A stretch of DNA of 64,000 nucleotides from Gordius albopunctatus (lineage: Eukaryota), in assembly GCA_964276515.1 (NCBI GenBank), contig OZ193909.1, positions 4,464,001-4,528,000 on the forward strand. The letters run 5' to 3'. The first letter of the stretch is position 1. Every line of letters begins with the position of its first letter. The notes beneath the pieces are model-generated. The model made no database searches and was not told the origin of the DNA. It saw only the letters and a program-made list of their open reading frames with translations. The position numbers and the translations under genes are program-made. Shown piece after piece: positions 14,306-27,700 of this stretch.

Positions 14306-14855
14306 GCAGTCTATCTAGTCTGTGCATATACGGTTTTTAATAGCTGGGGATCATGCTTCTGTAGGCGAATTTTAATTTTCTTTCGCTCATAGACCAGCTA
14401 ATGACCGCTGGTTGGCTTAAATTTCTTCGACCTCGTTTTGTTTTTGGGCCTGACTGATTACCTTTATCTAAAAATTTCTTTTCACAATTCGTCTAGGTTG
14501 TTGCTTTATAACGGATAATTGGGAAACTGGCTAAATAATTCCCTGTAAATCGATGATGATCGTTGCTTACTTATACTTTGTTTGACCCTGGCTCAGGGCC
14601 AAAATTCCTGTTAATTGCTCTTTATTTTTGCTTCTTATTTTGGTTTATAGATTTCCTTTGGCAACTTGTATAGGTTCTTGCTTTATAACGGAGGATTGCG
14701 AAACTGGCTAAATATTTAAATTAGTGGTTGCGAAAATTGTAATAAGAAACTCGGGCCTTCGGCCCTCGTGGTAAGGGGAAGGGGGCAATGGGAGTAGAGG
14801 AAGGGAAGGGAAGGGAAAGGGGAACTCTTATATACTCTGTATAAAAGTAGCATAT

Positions 14856-15280
14856 TTGCTATGCGATTTATGGGCGAGAAAGGTGGGGAGGGGCGAGATT
14901 GCCTATAGGGGGGTATTAAATCCAAAATAATTGGACTGACGGGCATAGCGTAAATATCAATGTTATCTAATTCCGAAGCAAAAAAAAGATTAAAATTTCG
15001 AATTACAATTTGGCCAATGGTCATTTTTGCCATTAGTCAGTAGCCAGGACACGGTTAAAAAGTCGTATTATCAAGGGTATTAACAAGAACAATATATTAA
15101 TTTAATTAAAAAAAAATTTTTTGCCCTCGCCGGGATTCGAACCCACATCAGTAGAGGCATAGGCCCTTGTAGGGGAGGGCACAGCGTAATTATCAATGTT
15201 AACCTAATATACCAATTCAAAAACCAGCAAGTCAGAACGTTGGAGGACGAAGGGAAGCGAGCCCATAAATTGCATACCAA
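14856..15280. mobile_element. TIR-bounded element carrying one tRNA-like/B-box repeat unit
   Basis: TTGCTATGCGATTTATGGGC (14856-14875) is the inverse of GCCCATAAATTGCATACCAA (15261-15280, 2 mismatches). The same terminus recurs at 18818-18837 and 46730-46749. Confidence 0.6.
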
Positions 15281-17319
15281 TTAAAAGAGACGATTTTTGC
15301 ATCACCATCTTAGGTCAGGATAATTTTTGGCGAGGGTGTAGGCCTGATTTATTAGAATAATTTCTGAAAAGTGTATCTAATTTGGGGCCAATACTTTTTC
15401 TATTGTGGAGGTTTTAAGGGACGAAATCACGTTCGCGAGCGTTTTATGGATTTTACTATTATTGCCACCAATAAATGCGTTATTCACTCAAATTTTGTGC
15501 ATTCTGTTCTTAAATAATTCTCAATCGAAATAATTTAATTAAAAACCTCAAACATTTGCGGTCATTTTTTGTGGTCAAATTAGTTTTACCCTTTAAATAA
15601 ATTAAAAATTTCATTTCCCCTAAAATTTTTTATAGATGGTGGTATAAACAATTATCACCAGAACATATTATTATGTTTGTTTATTATCAAATTGCGAATT
15701 TCTAAAGAATATATGGTAAATATATAATATTGGATTAAAAATAAACCTAATTTTTCAACCGTTTTTCTGCGCAATGGGCAATTATCAGAATTTAAAAATT
15801 AGATTTTGAATTTTATCATAAATGATATAGGGGTATACAAAAATTAATGTGATTTGAAAAAAAAATACTAATATGATGACAAAAATACTGCAAAAAATTA
15901 AGTATTCATAAAGGTGTTAGTGTTTTTCTACAAAAATTAAGATTTTTAAGCACTCTTTTACAAAAAAGAGATGGTTTTAAAAAATTAATTATTCGGTATC
16001 TTAAATCTTAATGTTATATAAATAGAAGAACTAAATACAAATTTTTATTTATTTCATCGTAATTATAATAATGACACAAGGAAATATAAAAATAACAATT
16101 GGTTAGGCGTCATAGATGAAATAAACAAATGTCCAAAAAAAAGAACTATCTAAACTTAGGAAATTTTTCAAACATTTTTATTAGTATTTTCGTTACGAAT
16201 CTAGCATTAATTTATAATTGCAATGTAACTTAGTAACTGCGCTATTTATAGAAAAAACAATTAACTCACTTAGTACATTTAAACGCCCTGGGTTATTAAT
16301 TACCCTGCATAATTTTAGGAATCTAAGGAATCTAATCAAACGCTAACATTAATTATACCCCAAAGACTGATCTTTATAGATGTGGACGTTTTGTCCATTA
16401 TTGTTATATCTCTTTTGATTAGTTCTCGATTAAGATTTCTACTAAAAATCTTCGTAGGGCTATCTACTGCCATAATAATTCCTTTAACATCTGGTATAAA
16501 AAAACAAATATTAGCAAGTTGTTAATATTTACTAAAAACAATCAGATATTTGACAAGAGCATGTAAAAAATGAATAACTTACCGACCAGTTCATCTTTCT
16601 CAATCCTCACTAATTCCTTTATTGGTACAAAATAATTAATTTCCAAGGTCAAGTGATTAAATGTGAGCTATTGGGGGAAGGGTGTATTCGAGAGTTGCAT
16701 CGTAGGGTGAGTAATTAAAAATAACGTTTCGGGGCAAGGGGGAATCTGCGCCTATGTTATTTATATTGGTTTTCTAAGTCAGTTTTAGCGTCAAGAGGTG
16801 ACGACTAAACCGATACCTTGCCAAATGTATCGAACGATACTTTGCTGGTATCGGCAATTACCAAGCCGATATTTTTTCAATATGAAACTCACAAAATAAT
16901 ATTTATAGTATCTCCTACCATTAAAAAATAGAGGACCTTTTCTATGTGGAGCATAATTTAATATATAGATAAGGACATAATAGGCGATGAAATTTGGCAT
17001 TTGTAAATATTGCATCCTTCAATAAATATGAAATATTATTTGTGAAGATTTTTATAAATGCTTAGCACTAGTGGTTTTTAGTCGACTAAACACAAACAAA
17101 TTAAAGATTCTTTGGTCTATTTTCCTTAGTCAACCGCTAGGCTTAGTCGAAATTTGAAAATCAGACTTGTGTCTACCGTTAGTCCTAGGTAAACTAAAGG
17201 TCGACCAAACAAAACTCAGCCGTTTTTACAACGCTATTAATTTATCTGAATTGTCATGTAAAAGGCCCCACTTTCTATACTTTTATAATTCCTCAAAATT
17301 TAAACATAATTAAAAAAAA

Positions 17320-18390
17320 GCATACTATCAAGGGTATTAACAAGAACAATATATTAATTTAATTTAAAAAAATAAAAATTTTGCCCTCTCGGGATTCGAA
17401 CCCACATTAGTAGAGGCATAGGCTTTTGTAGGGGCACAGGGACCCATATCAGTAGAGGCATAGGGTAATTATCAATGTTAACCAATTCAAAAATGAAAAA
17501 AAATTTATAATCACAATTTGGCCAATGGTCATTTTTTTATTGTTCAGCACCAAGAGACGGTCTATAAATACATACGAGTCAAAAAAAGGAAAAAAAATTT
17601 CGATTCACATTTTGGTCAATGGTAGTTTTTTTCCATTTGTCAGCAGCCAGCGGACGGCCAAAAATTCATATTATCAATGGTATTAACAAGAACAATATAT
17701 TAATTTAAAAAAATTAAAAAATTTGGCCTCTCCGGGTATCGAACCAGCAATTAAAAGGGATTCGAACCCACATCAGTAGAAGAGAGGCATACTCCTTTGT
17801 AGGAGGGGGGGGGGCACAGGGACCCATATCAGTAAAGGCATAGGCCCTTCTAGGGGAGGGCATAGGGTAATTATCAATGTTAGTCAAAAAAATGGAGAAA
17901 AAATTTTCGCTTCACACTTTGGCCAATGGTCATTTTTTTCCATTGGTCAACAGCCAGAACACGGTCAAAAAGTCATATTATCAATGAGGAACAATATAAT
18001 AATTTAATTTAAAAAATAAAAAATTTTTGGCCACTCCTGGTATCGAACCCCATATCAGTCTCCGGGTATCGAACCAGCAATTAAAAGGGATTCGAACCTA
18101 CATCAATAGAAGAGAGGCATACTCCTTTGTAGGAGGGGGCACAGGGACGCATATCAGTAAAGGCATAGGCCCTTCTAGGGGAGGGCATAGGGTAATTATC
18201 AATGTTAGTCAAAAAAAAATGGAAAAAAAATTTTCGCTTCACACTTTGGCCAATGGTCATTTTTTTCCATTGGTCAGCAGCCAGCGGACGACCAAAAAGT
18301 CATATTATCAATGAGGAACAATATAATAATTTAATTTAAAAAATAAAAACATTTTTTGGCCGCTCCTGGTATCGAACCCCATATCAGTAG
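17320..18390 (-). repeat. Degenerate tandem array (about 310-330 bp unit) containing tRNA T-arm/B-box motifs
   Basis: Unit marker TGGCCAATGGTCA (or close variant) at 17519, 17613, 17920 and 18247. Seven minus-strand GGTTCGA(AT/TA)CC motifs. The same unit occurs at 15000-15210. Confidence 0.85.
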
Positions 18391-18415
18391 ACATGATAAG
18401 CGTTAAGCGTGTGTA

Positions 18416-18784
18416 GGGTGCGTTCGTGATGACACGCGAGCGAAAAAAAGCGAAATTAATTTTTGGGCTAATTTATTAAACTCTTCATTTTTTTATTAAT
18501 ATCTTTCTATTCACCGCGAAATTTATCATTTATCAATGTTATTCATTGATAAGATCGTAATTATTCTATAAAAATATACAATTGTATAAAAAATACACAC
18601 ACACATAGACCGCATTCAATTTTTTAACCATTGCGCGAAAAGTAGAAAATGATTTACGTATCTTATTTTGGCTCACTTTTTGCCTGCGGTTTCACCAAGA
18701 ACGCATCCAATTTACAATTCTTATTTTCGTGATATATGATAAATTTCGCTTTTTTTCGCTTCGCGCGTCATCACGAACGTACAC
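18416..18784. mobile_element. MITE with about 43-bp TIRs (possibly PIF/Harbinger type)
   Basis: GGGTGCGTTCGTGATGACACGCGAGCGAAAAAAAGCGAAATT is the inverse of AATTTCGCTTTTTTTCGCTTCGCGCGTCATCACGAACGTACAC. Confidence 0.8.
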
Positions 18785-20421
18785 GTTCGGTGCGTTACTT
18801 CGGAAAATGTAAAGTGAGCCCATAAATTGCATAGCAATTAATATTTGATTAATCAATAAATATATTGACATTAATTACACTTTTTTTGGAAATTATAGAT
18901 CCACTATTGCTAAGCATTAATGTCAGGTTTCATCTTTTTTACAAGAAAAAAGGCGTTGAAAAATTTAAAAACCCCTTCCCCCTTGATAAAACTTAAGTTG
19001 GTTACATTTAATTAAAGCTAGCTAAAAAAATAAGGTTTCCTGACTCATTACTAATAATATTTATATTTGAAAATTTAATTATAAATATTAATATTTATCA
19101 CAATTATCAGCGGACAATAAAACAATGAAAACATGCTTAAAAAGCAAGTAAAAAAATAATTGTTAACACGTATGACTTGGAATTAATATGTTTTTACCAT
19201 TATTAAAATATCGATTTTGGAGAGCAAGTTGGGAGAGGATAGTAAAAGAATGTGTTTTTTTATTATTTTACTAACAAATTAAGTTGATACCACAAAACTT
19301 ACAATAATTCAATTAGAATACAAATTTTAACAGCTATGCAATTTTAATGTAAAATTTAAATTTATTTCAATTCTTTTTTTATGTAATATTATTTATTAGG
19401 ATGGTATAAAAAAATTAAAAAATTATTAGAGTAGTGAATCAAATGGCCCCTGTCGCAAATTTTAGTAAAACACAAAAAATCATTGCATTAAAAAATTTAA
19501 AAAGGTAAAGTTAAAAAATGGTTTCTTCCCTTTTATAAATAAATCGATTTTGTTGAACAAAAATTTCCTTGGAATGAGGAATAATAAGTAAATAATAAAA
19601 TCTTCTATTTTTTTGCAAAACGATAGATTTTTATTTCCAAATAATTGTGTATGTTACATGCTAAAATATATTATATCTTTTATTTAAAATTACGAGGAAT
19701 AATTAATTTTAGAAACCACTCAAATAAATAGTTATTAATGAATATTTAAACCAAAGTGGTAGATCGTTTGTAAATACAATAAAAATAATTCAGATAAACA
19801 AAAAAATATATAAATAATAAAAAAATTACCTACAAGGTAAAAATTAAAAAAATGCGAACCGAGATAAATTCGGAAATAATTGAACCCAAAGCCATTTAAA
19901 TTATATTTATGTTTCAAATATTATTTAAAATGAATTTATAACTTTCGTAAAATCTATCTTTAAAAACAAAGGCTCTTTTCGCTGTTTTGTTTATACCTAA
20001 TCATTTTTCTTGCTTAAAAATTTATGATTTTGACTCTAATACATTTTTCTTAACACATTTTTATATAACATAAATGAATATTTCAACTAATTAATTCAAA
20101 GAGTCAATTCATTAAGAGCGTTTAATTTCAAAGCTAAGGTTGTATTAAATTCTTTTTGTAAGTGATATAATTGCTATAAGATGCTCTAAATTTTCTACAA
20201 TTCGTAATTATTCTAATCTTTTTACCCATAATAGTAACTTATTTTCATACATTTAAACGAAACGGTATATTTATTTTTTTGGATTTAATTATATTTTTAA
20301 AAACTCTTTAATCGAGATATTAAGTCTAGCTAGGCCTCATGTCGGGCAATTGAAAGCCAATTTCCAAAGCGAGTAATTGATTTAACTCTATGCGTCTATT
20401 TAGAGAATGACAAGCTAGACC

Positions 20422-20595
20422 TAGAGTTGTTAAATTGCTAACTTCTGAGTTGCTTAATATGCGCGTTAGCACAATATGTGCTCTCTGTTTGGTGCACTAG
20501 GTAGAACATTAGCATATAGAAATGCTCGAGGACCGAGCAGAAACTCGAGCAGATGGTAGCTGGAGTCGAATAAAGTTAGCAATTTAACAACTCTA
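20422..20595. mobile_element. hAT-type MITE about 1.2 kb upstream of the gene B start
   Basis: 23-bp perfect TIR TAGAGTTGTTAAATTGCTAACTT; perfect TSD GCTAGACC (20414-20421 and 20596-20603). Confidence 0.9.
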
Positions 20596-21780
20596 GCTAG
20601 ACCTGCGTAGACATTTATTGCTACCGCGTTATAACAGAAAAAGCACTAAAGGAATGAATTAATGATGATAATAATTAGAGTCAAAAGGATGCCAAATTTT
20701 TTAGCACAAATCCACGACAATCGCTTTAAAGAATTGGAGATTATTTATGTTCAAAGATATCATAGAATTGTTTTTTAAAAGATTTATTAACGGTAATATG
20801 GGAGGGCGTGTGAAACTTAATCAACATTAGTTTAACAAAAAATTTATTCCCAAGTTTATAATTAAATTTATATAATCAGAAATATAGCCGATAATAAATC
20901 GTAAAAAACTCTTTACAAGGGTGGAATTCTTAACATAGAATTGTATTGTAAGCTTTTTTTAAATATTTATTTAGCAGTATAACGCTGAAATGTTTTTACA
21001 ATATAAACAAATACTTTTAAGGTTTCATTCCCTCGTGCTAAATTTCCTAATCACAATATTCTCAGAAATATACACCATCTAAAATTGACTTGTCAAAATT
21101 ATTGAGATGCATGTACAATACCTATATATGTAATTCTTTTGATTTGTGATTTTAAATTAAATAACACTGATCAAAAAATAACTGACTTATAAAATCGACC
21201 GGAAAACTGTAGATTTTGGTATAGTTTTTTACGGTGAAAGCTAATATGTTTTTAATTTTCCTCCTATACGTCATATTTTTCAAATATTTGCTGTCAAAGG
21301 TGCTAAAAACATCGATTTTGGTTTTTACAAACGTCTATAACTTGCAAATTGATATGTAAAATTCTAGTTGAATAAATTTGATTTATAAATAATTAAACAT
21401 TTTAAAACAATGTAACCCCCCTTCCATATTTTTTAAATCTTGCACACGCCACTCTGACAATGCATTTGAGTGTAAAATATTATTTTATCAAAGACCTTGA
21501 CATCTAAAAATTATTCGGTGTTTCGGTCTAAAGCGCTATCCTATCGGATTTATTTGCTAGTTGACTATTGCAGTCTATTTAACTAGGGGGGGGGGGCGTT
21601 AGGTAAACAACACACCTTGCTGATGTGTTCAATTAATTATAGAAGCCATACGGGACAACAATTTTCGCTCATCTAAATTTTCATTTTATCCCATATATTT
21701 TACCATCAAATTTCGCAAAATTTTTTATTAAATTTAATTCCAACTTTTCGAAAACGACAAAATATTGATCTATTCCTTTA

Positions 21781-24700
21781 ATGAAAAAAAATAAATCGAA
21801 AAATAGTGTAAAATTCATCGTAATTTGGACATCGCTGGTATGGATTATAGTAGACGTGTTTTTACTGATGTTTTTTGTGGATTTAAATACGAAATGTTTT
21901 CCATATCGCCACTGGATATCATCCAACCAAAGTTATTCTTCAGATTTACCCATCCCCGAATCAATGCTTGGAGTAAAGGAACGATCGGAAGAGAGTCTTT
22001 TAATCCCCGCTCCACCAAAACCCATCGCAGATAATTCCGTGAAATTACAAAGTACGATTTCATTTTCACTTTTTGAATACTCTTTTTTTTCATGTCATAC
22101 ATAAATAATTTGTTAGAAATTAACTCCAATGTTAGGCTGAGTCTCTTTATAATTTCATATTTTGGGGGGGTCTTAGAAAAAACATAAAATTTTATGGACA
22201 TGAGAAATCACATTAAACCTCCTATCAAAATTGCCATATATTGTAGAAGAATTTGAAATTTGTTGTCATGAGCTTACCCAGGGGACAGGGATCCAAAAAT
22301 TTGTTAATATTTATTTAAATTATTGCTATAATTTCGCGCAAAATAGTCAGTTTGCACAACGTTAATCATTATAGCCCACCCCGCTCTCTAATTCCAATGC
22401 TGCCTATACTCACATGTTTGTCGTCTAAATAAGTATTATTGATAGGAGGTTTAAATTAGATAATTATATCACTCTATAAAATCCGCATCCTGGTGGTTGG
22501 TGGAAAAATATTTTCCCTCTTATTTATTTTGAGCGAAAATTTTGTGTCCAACTATTGCTTAATATTTTGTCAACTATTTTACACTCATAAATGACTTCGA
22601 TTTGAGTACACTAAAAATCACTAACAAATATTTTTTAAAGGCATTTGAACTCCTAGTTGTTTTTTTTTGTTGCGTACACCAACTATTTAAAAAAAGAATT
22701 TATATAGGTATGATCCTAAAGAGTATTTTGTTCGGGAAGGCATAATTTCATAAATTTCAATATCCAGGATTATATAAATTTTAAAATTAAGTAGTGTTAA
22801 CCTTTGAAAATTTGCGATATAAAATTACAAAATTAATTTTAAGCTATATCAAAGCCAGGTAATATTTTTATTACTTAATAGCCGTGCTAAAATGTAACAA
22901 AAAGTCAGGAAGCACAGCGATTTAATTTTTTGTACCGTTTGTACCCCCCTTTGTCAGACTAATGGAAAATTAAATTTGAGGAGCGAAATGAAATCTATTT
23001 TATAACTTTTAAGCCAAAAGTCACCATAGGTAGTTAAATTTCCTCTTATAATTATAATTTATACTGCGATGCAAATGGATTTTTTTATATAATTAACCTT
23101 ACCTAGTTTGATTTTAACCAATTAGTTCTATTTCAATATATTCCTGAAAAATTTTATGGCGTGTTACACTTGAAACAGGAGCTTATAAGAGTTTAATTTT
23201 TTTCTAATTTCTTAATTCTTAAATAAAATTAGCGCCAAGTTTTGCACATATAATAATTGTTTTTTTTTACCATTAATTTACAAAATTCAATGAGTTTTTA
23301 ATATAATTCAAAATAGTTTTTTTTACTTTGCACACAATTATAAATGTTTATTTTATAGTTCTAAATTAAATAAGAATAAAATATTTAGAAAACACTCCCT
23401 ACAAGCAGGTAAATTTTACAAATTTTGAAATGCGCGATTCATATGAAAAAGCAACAAAGAGTTATGTTTCTATATTTTTTTCTATTTTTGCTGTTGCATT
23501 TTAGGTATAAATCTTATTTAATACTTAATTCGTTATAAATTATAGATTTTTCGACCTTTGATTATTGTTTATTTTATTGTATGTCATGTCATAAAGGTAT
23601 ATAATGTTAGTTAAAGGTCAATGAAAGTCGAAAACCAACCTTTTTAATATTTTGCTTGATTTCATTAAAATTTTTCAAAATAACTTAAATTATAATTTTT
23701 TATTAATTGCATAATTTTAATTAACAAGGCTAAAATAATTGATATTTTTATATGTTAGAATGGAGATTTATATTAATATCAATTATTTTAGCCTTGTTAA
23801 TTAAAATGATGCAATTAATAAAAAATTATGATTTAAGTTATTTTGAAAAATTTTAATGAATTCAAGTAAAATATTAAAAAGGTTGGTTCTACGACTTTTA
23901 TTGACCTTTAACTAACATTATATACCTTTATGACTCTTACAATTTTTGTCAAAAGTTTTGTCAGAGCTGACAGTTAGGCGGCACTATGGAAACTTAACCC
24001 TCAATCGCCAAATTTCAAAAAAATATAAGTGTAAGTCATTTTATGTTAATAAACAATTTCTAGAATTTTGAATTTTTAAATAAAGGGTTTAATTAAATTT
24101 GTTACCACTAAATTCAAATTTCCTTATTGTATATATTATACATTTTAAGAACTCGGTCTTGATATAATACATTTAAGGGATTATTATTGAAGCCTTAATG
24201 TCAGATATTAATTACCAGTGGAAAAGTATACATAACTTTTGATTTTTACTTCAAAGATTCTAAATCCAGGCGAGGAAAAAAGAATGGACATCATGTTGTG
24301 GCATTTTTTTATTCACTCTACCTAAGTCATAACTTGACCATACCAAAATTAAAACTTTTTTTAATGACACTTAATAAAATGGCAGTACAGCCATGGGTCA
24401 AAACTATACACTAAGAAACGTAATCTAGGATGGAAAATCTACAAAACTCGGCTACAAAATCCAAATTCAAAGGTTATATGCAAAATGTATCATTTAAATA
24501 AAAAGAGATAATTTCAAACTTAATAATCTACTCTAATGTTAAATAGATGAAGCGTTTAACTTAAAAATTATTATTTAAAAAACTAAATTAAGAAAATTGC
24601 AGTGTTAAATTATTTTACTGAAAAATGCAACATGTAACAATTAATAGTAAATAACATTTTAATAGAGGAAGAATAATGTTGAAAACGAAAAACAAATCAA

Positions 24701-27700
24701 TAAAATCGGGTTCGTGTTCGGGTTCAAGAAATTATATTATACTAATCGGGTTTTAAAGGTATTTTTAAAAATGGGTTCGGGTTTGGGTTCGGGTTCTGTA
24801 AAACATCGGGTGGTTCGGGACAAACCTCTGGTTTAAACTTATTAAAATTTTTATTCGTTTGTAATTAAATTTTTAATATTAGACGTACTAATTTGCTAAC
24901 TATTCGTAATCGAATCGGAAAATAAGAAAATTTAATAATATAAATATTTAATATGATGTGATGAAATTTAAATATATTGTAGTTTTTGATTCCAATTTAC
25001 TCATTCTCTTTAAGCTCGACACAATGTCATGGGACATTTTTAAACAACTTGAGTCATAGTTTGGTAAAACTCTATAATTTAAATATATACAATCACCATA
25101 ATTGTCTTGTCCATATTCAAAGTCATATTGTATAATTATAAGCCAAATAAATTCATGACGAAATCATCAGTTCCAAAATAAAATTTATTTCGAGTTTTTC
25201 TTCATTTTAAATGTATATAAAGCAGAGGTGAGAGTTATTGAAACATTTCTCCCCGAACCCGGCCCGTTCCGATTATATAACTAGCCCGTCCAGGCCCGCC
25301 CGAACCCTTCTAAGTGCGCCGGGCCATGCCCGAATTAATAGAGCTGCCCCAGCTACCCGGGATGAGTTTTTTAAATATTTTTAGAATTCAAATCGTCATA
25401 TTTTGTAAAAAAATTATTTTGTTTTCCAATTTTTTTCGGATAAGAACGTTTATTAACAAAGATGATATTATCAAATAAAAAAGTGACGAAATAATACACT
25501 AGAATAAAATAGTAAATTATTCAAAAATATCATTAACCCCGCTTTTCCCGAATCTTAAGAGTTGACCCCCGAGCCCGCCCAAATATCAAGACAATTGCCC
25601 GGCACGTGGCAAGGCTGAGCTTTTATAGTCTCTAATATGGAGACCTATTTTACTCGTTCTTGACGACGGGATGTTATTCGAATGTAGTCTTACACGAATA
25701 CCCGTCAAAGTAGCAGAATGATGAAAAAGTAGTAGAAAAAGTGGGAACAATAAACCCAACCCTAACCCTAACTAAAGTACTAAAACTTAAATTCTATGAA
25801 AGTCCTGACCAATCTTGGTGAATTCTGACCAATTTGGCTACTGTTTTTCTCCTACTTTTCCGATACTTTGACCGGGTGCCGTCTAACATAATTACAAATT
25901 GCACCCATTTCCATCGGAGTAGGATATAAGTTTGTTAGATGGGAATGTTATTAATATTTTAGTAACAATTTAGGACGAGGCAAAAAAGGATTTTTAAAAA
26001 TGTACCCATTTTTACATTATACATAAATAATAACTTTAGGTGAGGGGGCAACTGTCCTCCCTGCCTCTGAAGCTTGACAATATTTATTGGAAGAGTCATA
26101 GACGCTTCTAAAAACAAACTTGACGACCGAATAGATGTATAGCGTTGTTAGTGTTGTAAAATGACCCGGGTTCTGTTTATACCTTTGGTTTTAGTCGATT
26201 AAATACAAACAGACCTTTGGTCTCTTTTTCTTACTCGACCTCTGGGGTTAGTCAAAATTTGGAAAAAAAGCCAAAGTCGATCGTTAGTATGGGTTCAACC
26301 AAAGGAAGGCTAAACAAAACCCACGTCTTTTTCCTGTAGCGTGCGATTTCAAATGCAACTCTTCTTTTTGCAGGACTTGTCCATTCACATTTAACTCTGC
26401 TAATTGAATATAGCCTTAAATTCTTTATTCAATTATACTTAATAATAGCCTCTATTTATGATTTACTCAGATGCGAACAAAACTATGACGCACCCCAGGA
26501 GTCGAATTATCCCGAGCGGTTTGATTTTTTATTTAAAACAATTAATTGCTAAGCAATTTATGTTTGTCTGTTGTCATTCAATTCAATATAAAGTTTTTTA
26601 CAATAAATATAATTTATAATATTACAAAAATAAACCAGAGATAAACATTAAAAAGGATGGACCGGGAGAAAATGGTGGAAGCGTTTACCTCACGTCCGAA
26701 TTTGATGAAATTCGGAAAAAACGTTTCTATGAAAACGAATTTGATGTTTATGTGAGCGAAATGATTTCCCTAAACAGGACCTTGAAAGACGTTCGAGCGC
26801 AGAGGTAAATTTTTTGGCATAGGACAACATGAGCGTTGCCAGGATTTGAATTAGAGGGTGGGGGGGGGGGCAGGCAATAATATAATTCAGGGCGGGCAAA
26901 ATAAAAAATGTCAAAATTTTATTCTTTTTAATCATTCAAAATTTATTTTAGGATGGGGGGGGGGAGCTGTCCATCCCTGAGTTTCTCTGGGTTCGCCCAT
27001 TTACGACACCATTTCAATTTTAATCAAAGTATAAATCTTTGTTTGCTTTAGATTCAAATACTAAAACGAATTAATTTAATCATGCAATATTATTTTTAGT
27101 ACCTGCAAAACAACTTGTGAGGGTTGCGATCTCGGTCTTGACCAACCTCGATTCAAGCTCTTTCTTAAAATTAAATATTTTTATCGTAACTTCCAGGCTA
27201 CTATATTTGAGTTCTTACCATAATGACATCGATTGCTAAAATAGATAGCATTAGAATGATCAATATAAAATAAAAAATCTAATTTATTTTATCACAATCT
27301 AATCAATTATATTTTTTAATATTATAATTCAACAGTAGGAGGCCCATAAATTTGTATTCAGCAGTTTTAAATGTTTCAAATGATCGATTAGTATTATTTT
27401 CAAATATTTCTTAGAGCTATACTTCAAATTTATATTTTATTATTAATTTAAAATTATATGCTTAACGCGCAGAATCATTATTTCCAAAATAATCTTTAAT
27501 ACCATTTTTATATTCTATTTAATTTTAAGTGGGGATAATTTGTTATTTGGGTTTCACAAAGTTGGAATCAGTCCTCACTCTTTATCTTATTTTATGAAAA
27601 CCCTCATTTTCAAACTCAATGTATACGAATTGACCCATCCCTCTAAAGTTAAATCGTGTCTTATTCAAATTCGTGGTCAATAGATTTGATTACTACCATC

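Noticed and set aside
15122..15181. Bona fide tRNA gene
   Set aside because: Only a T-loop/B-box and a closing stem are present; no D-arm A-box or anticodon arm.
17320..18390. CRISPR-like array
   Set aside because: Whole units of about 320 bp repeat with no unique spacers, no cas genes are present and the context is eukaryotic.
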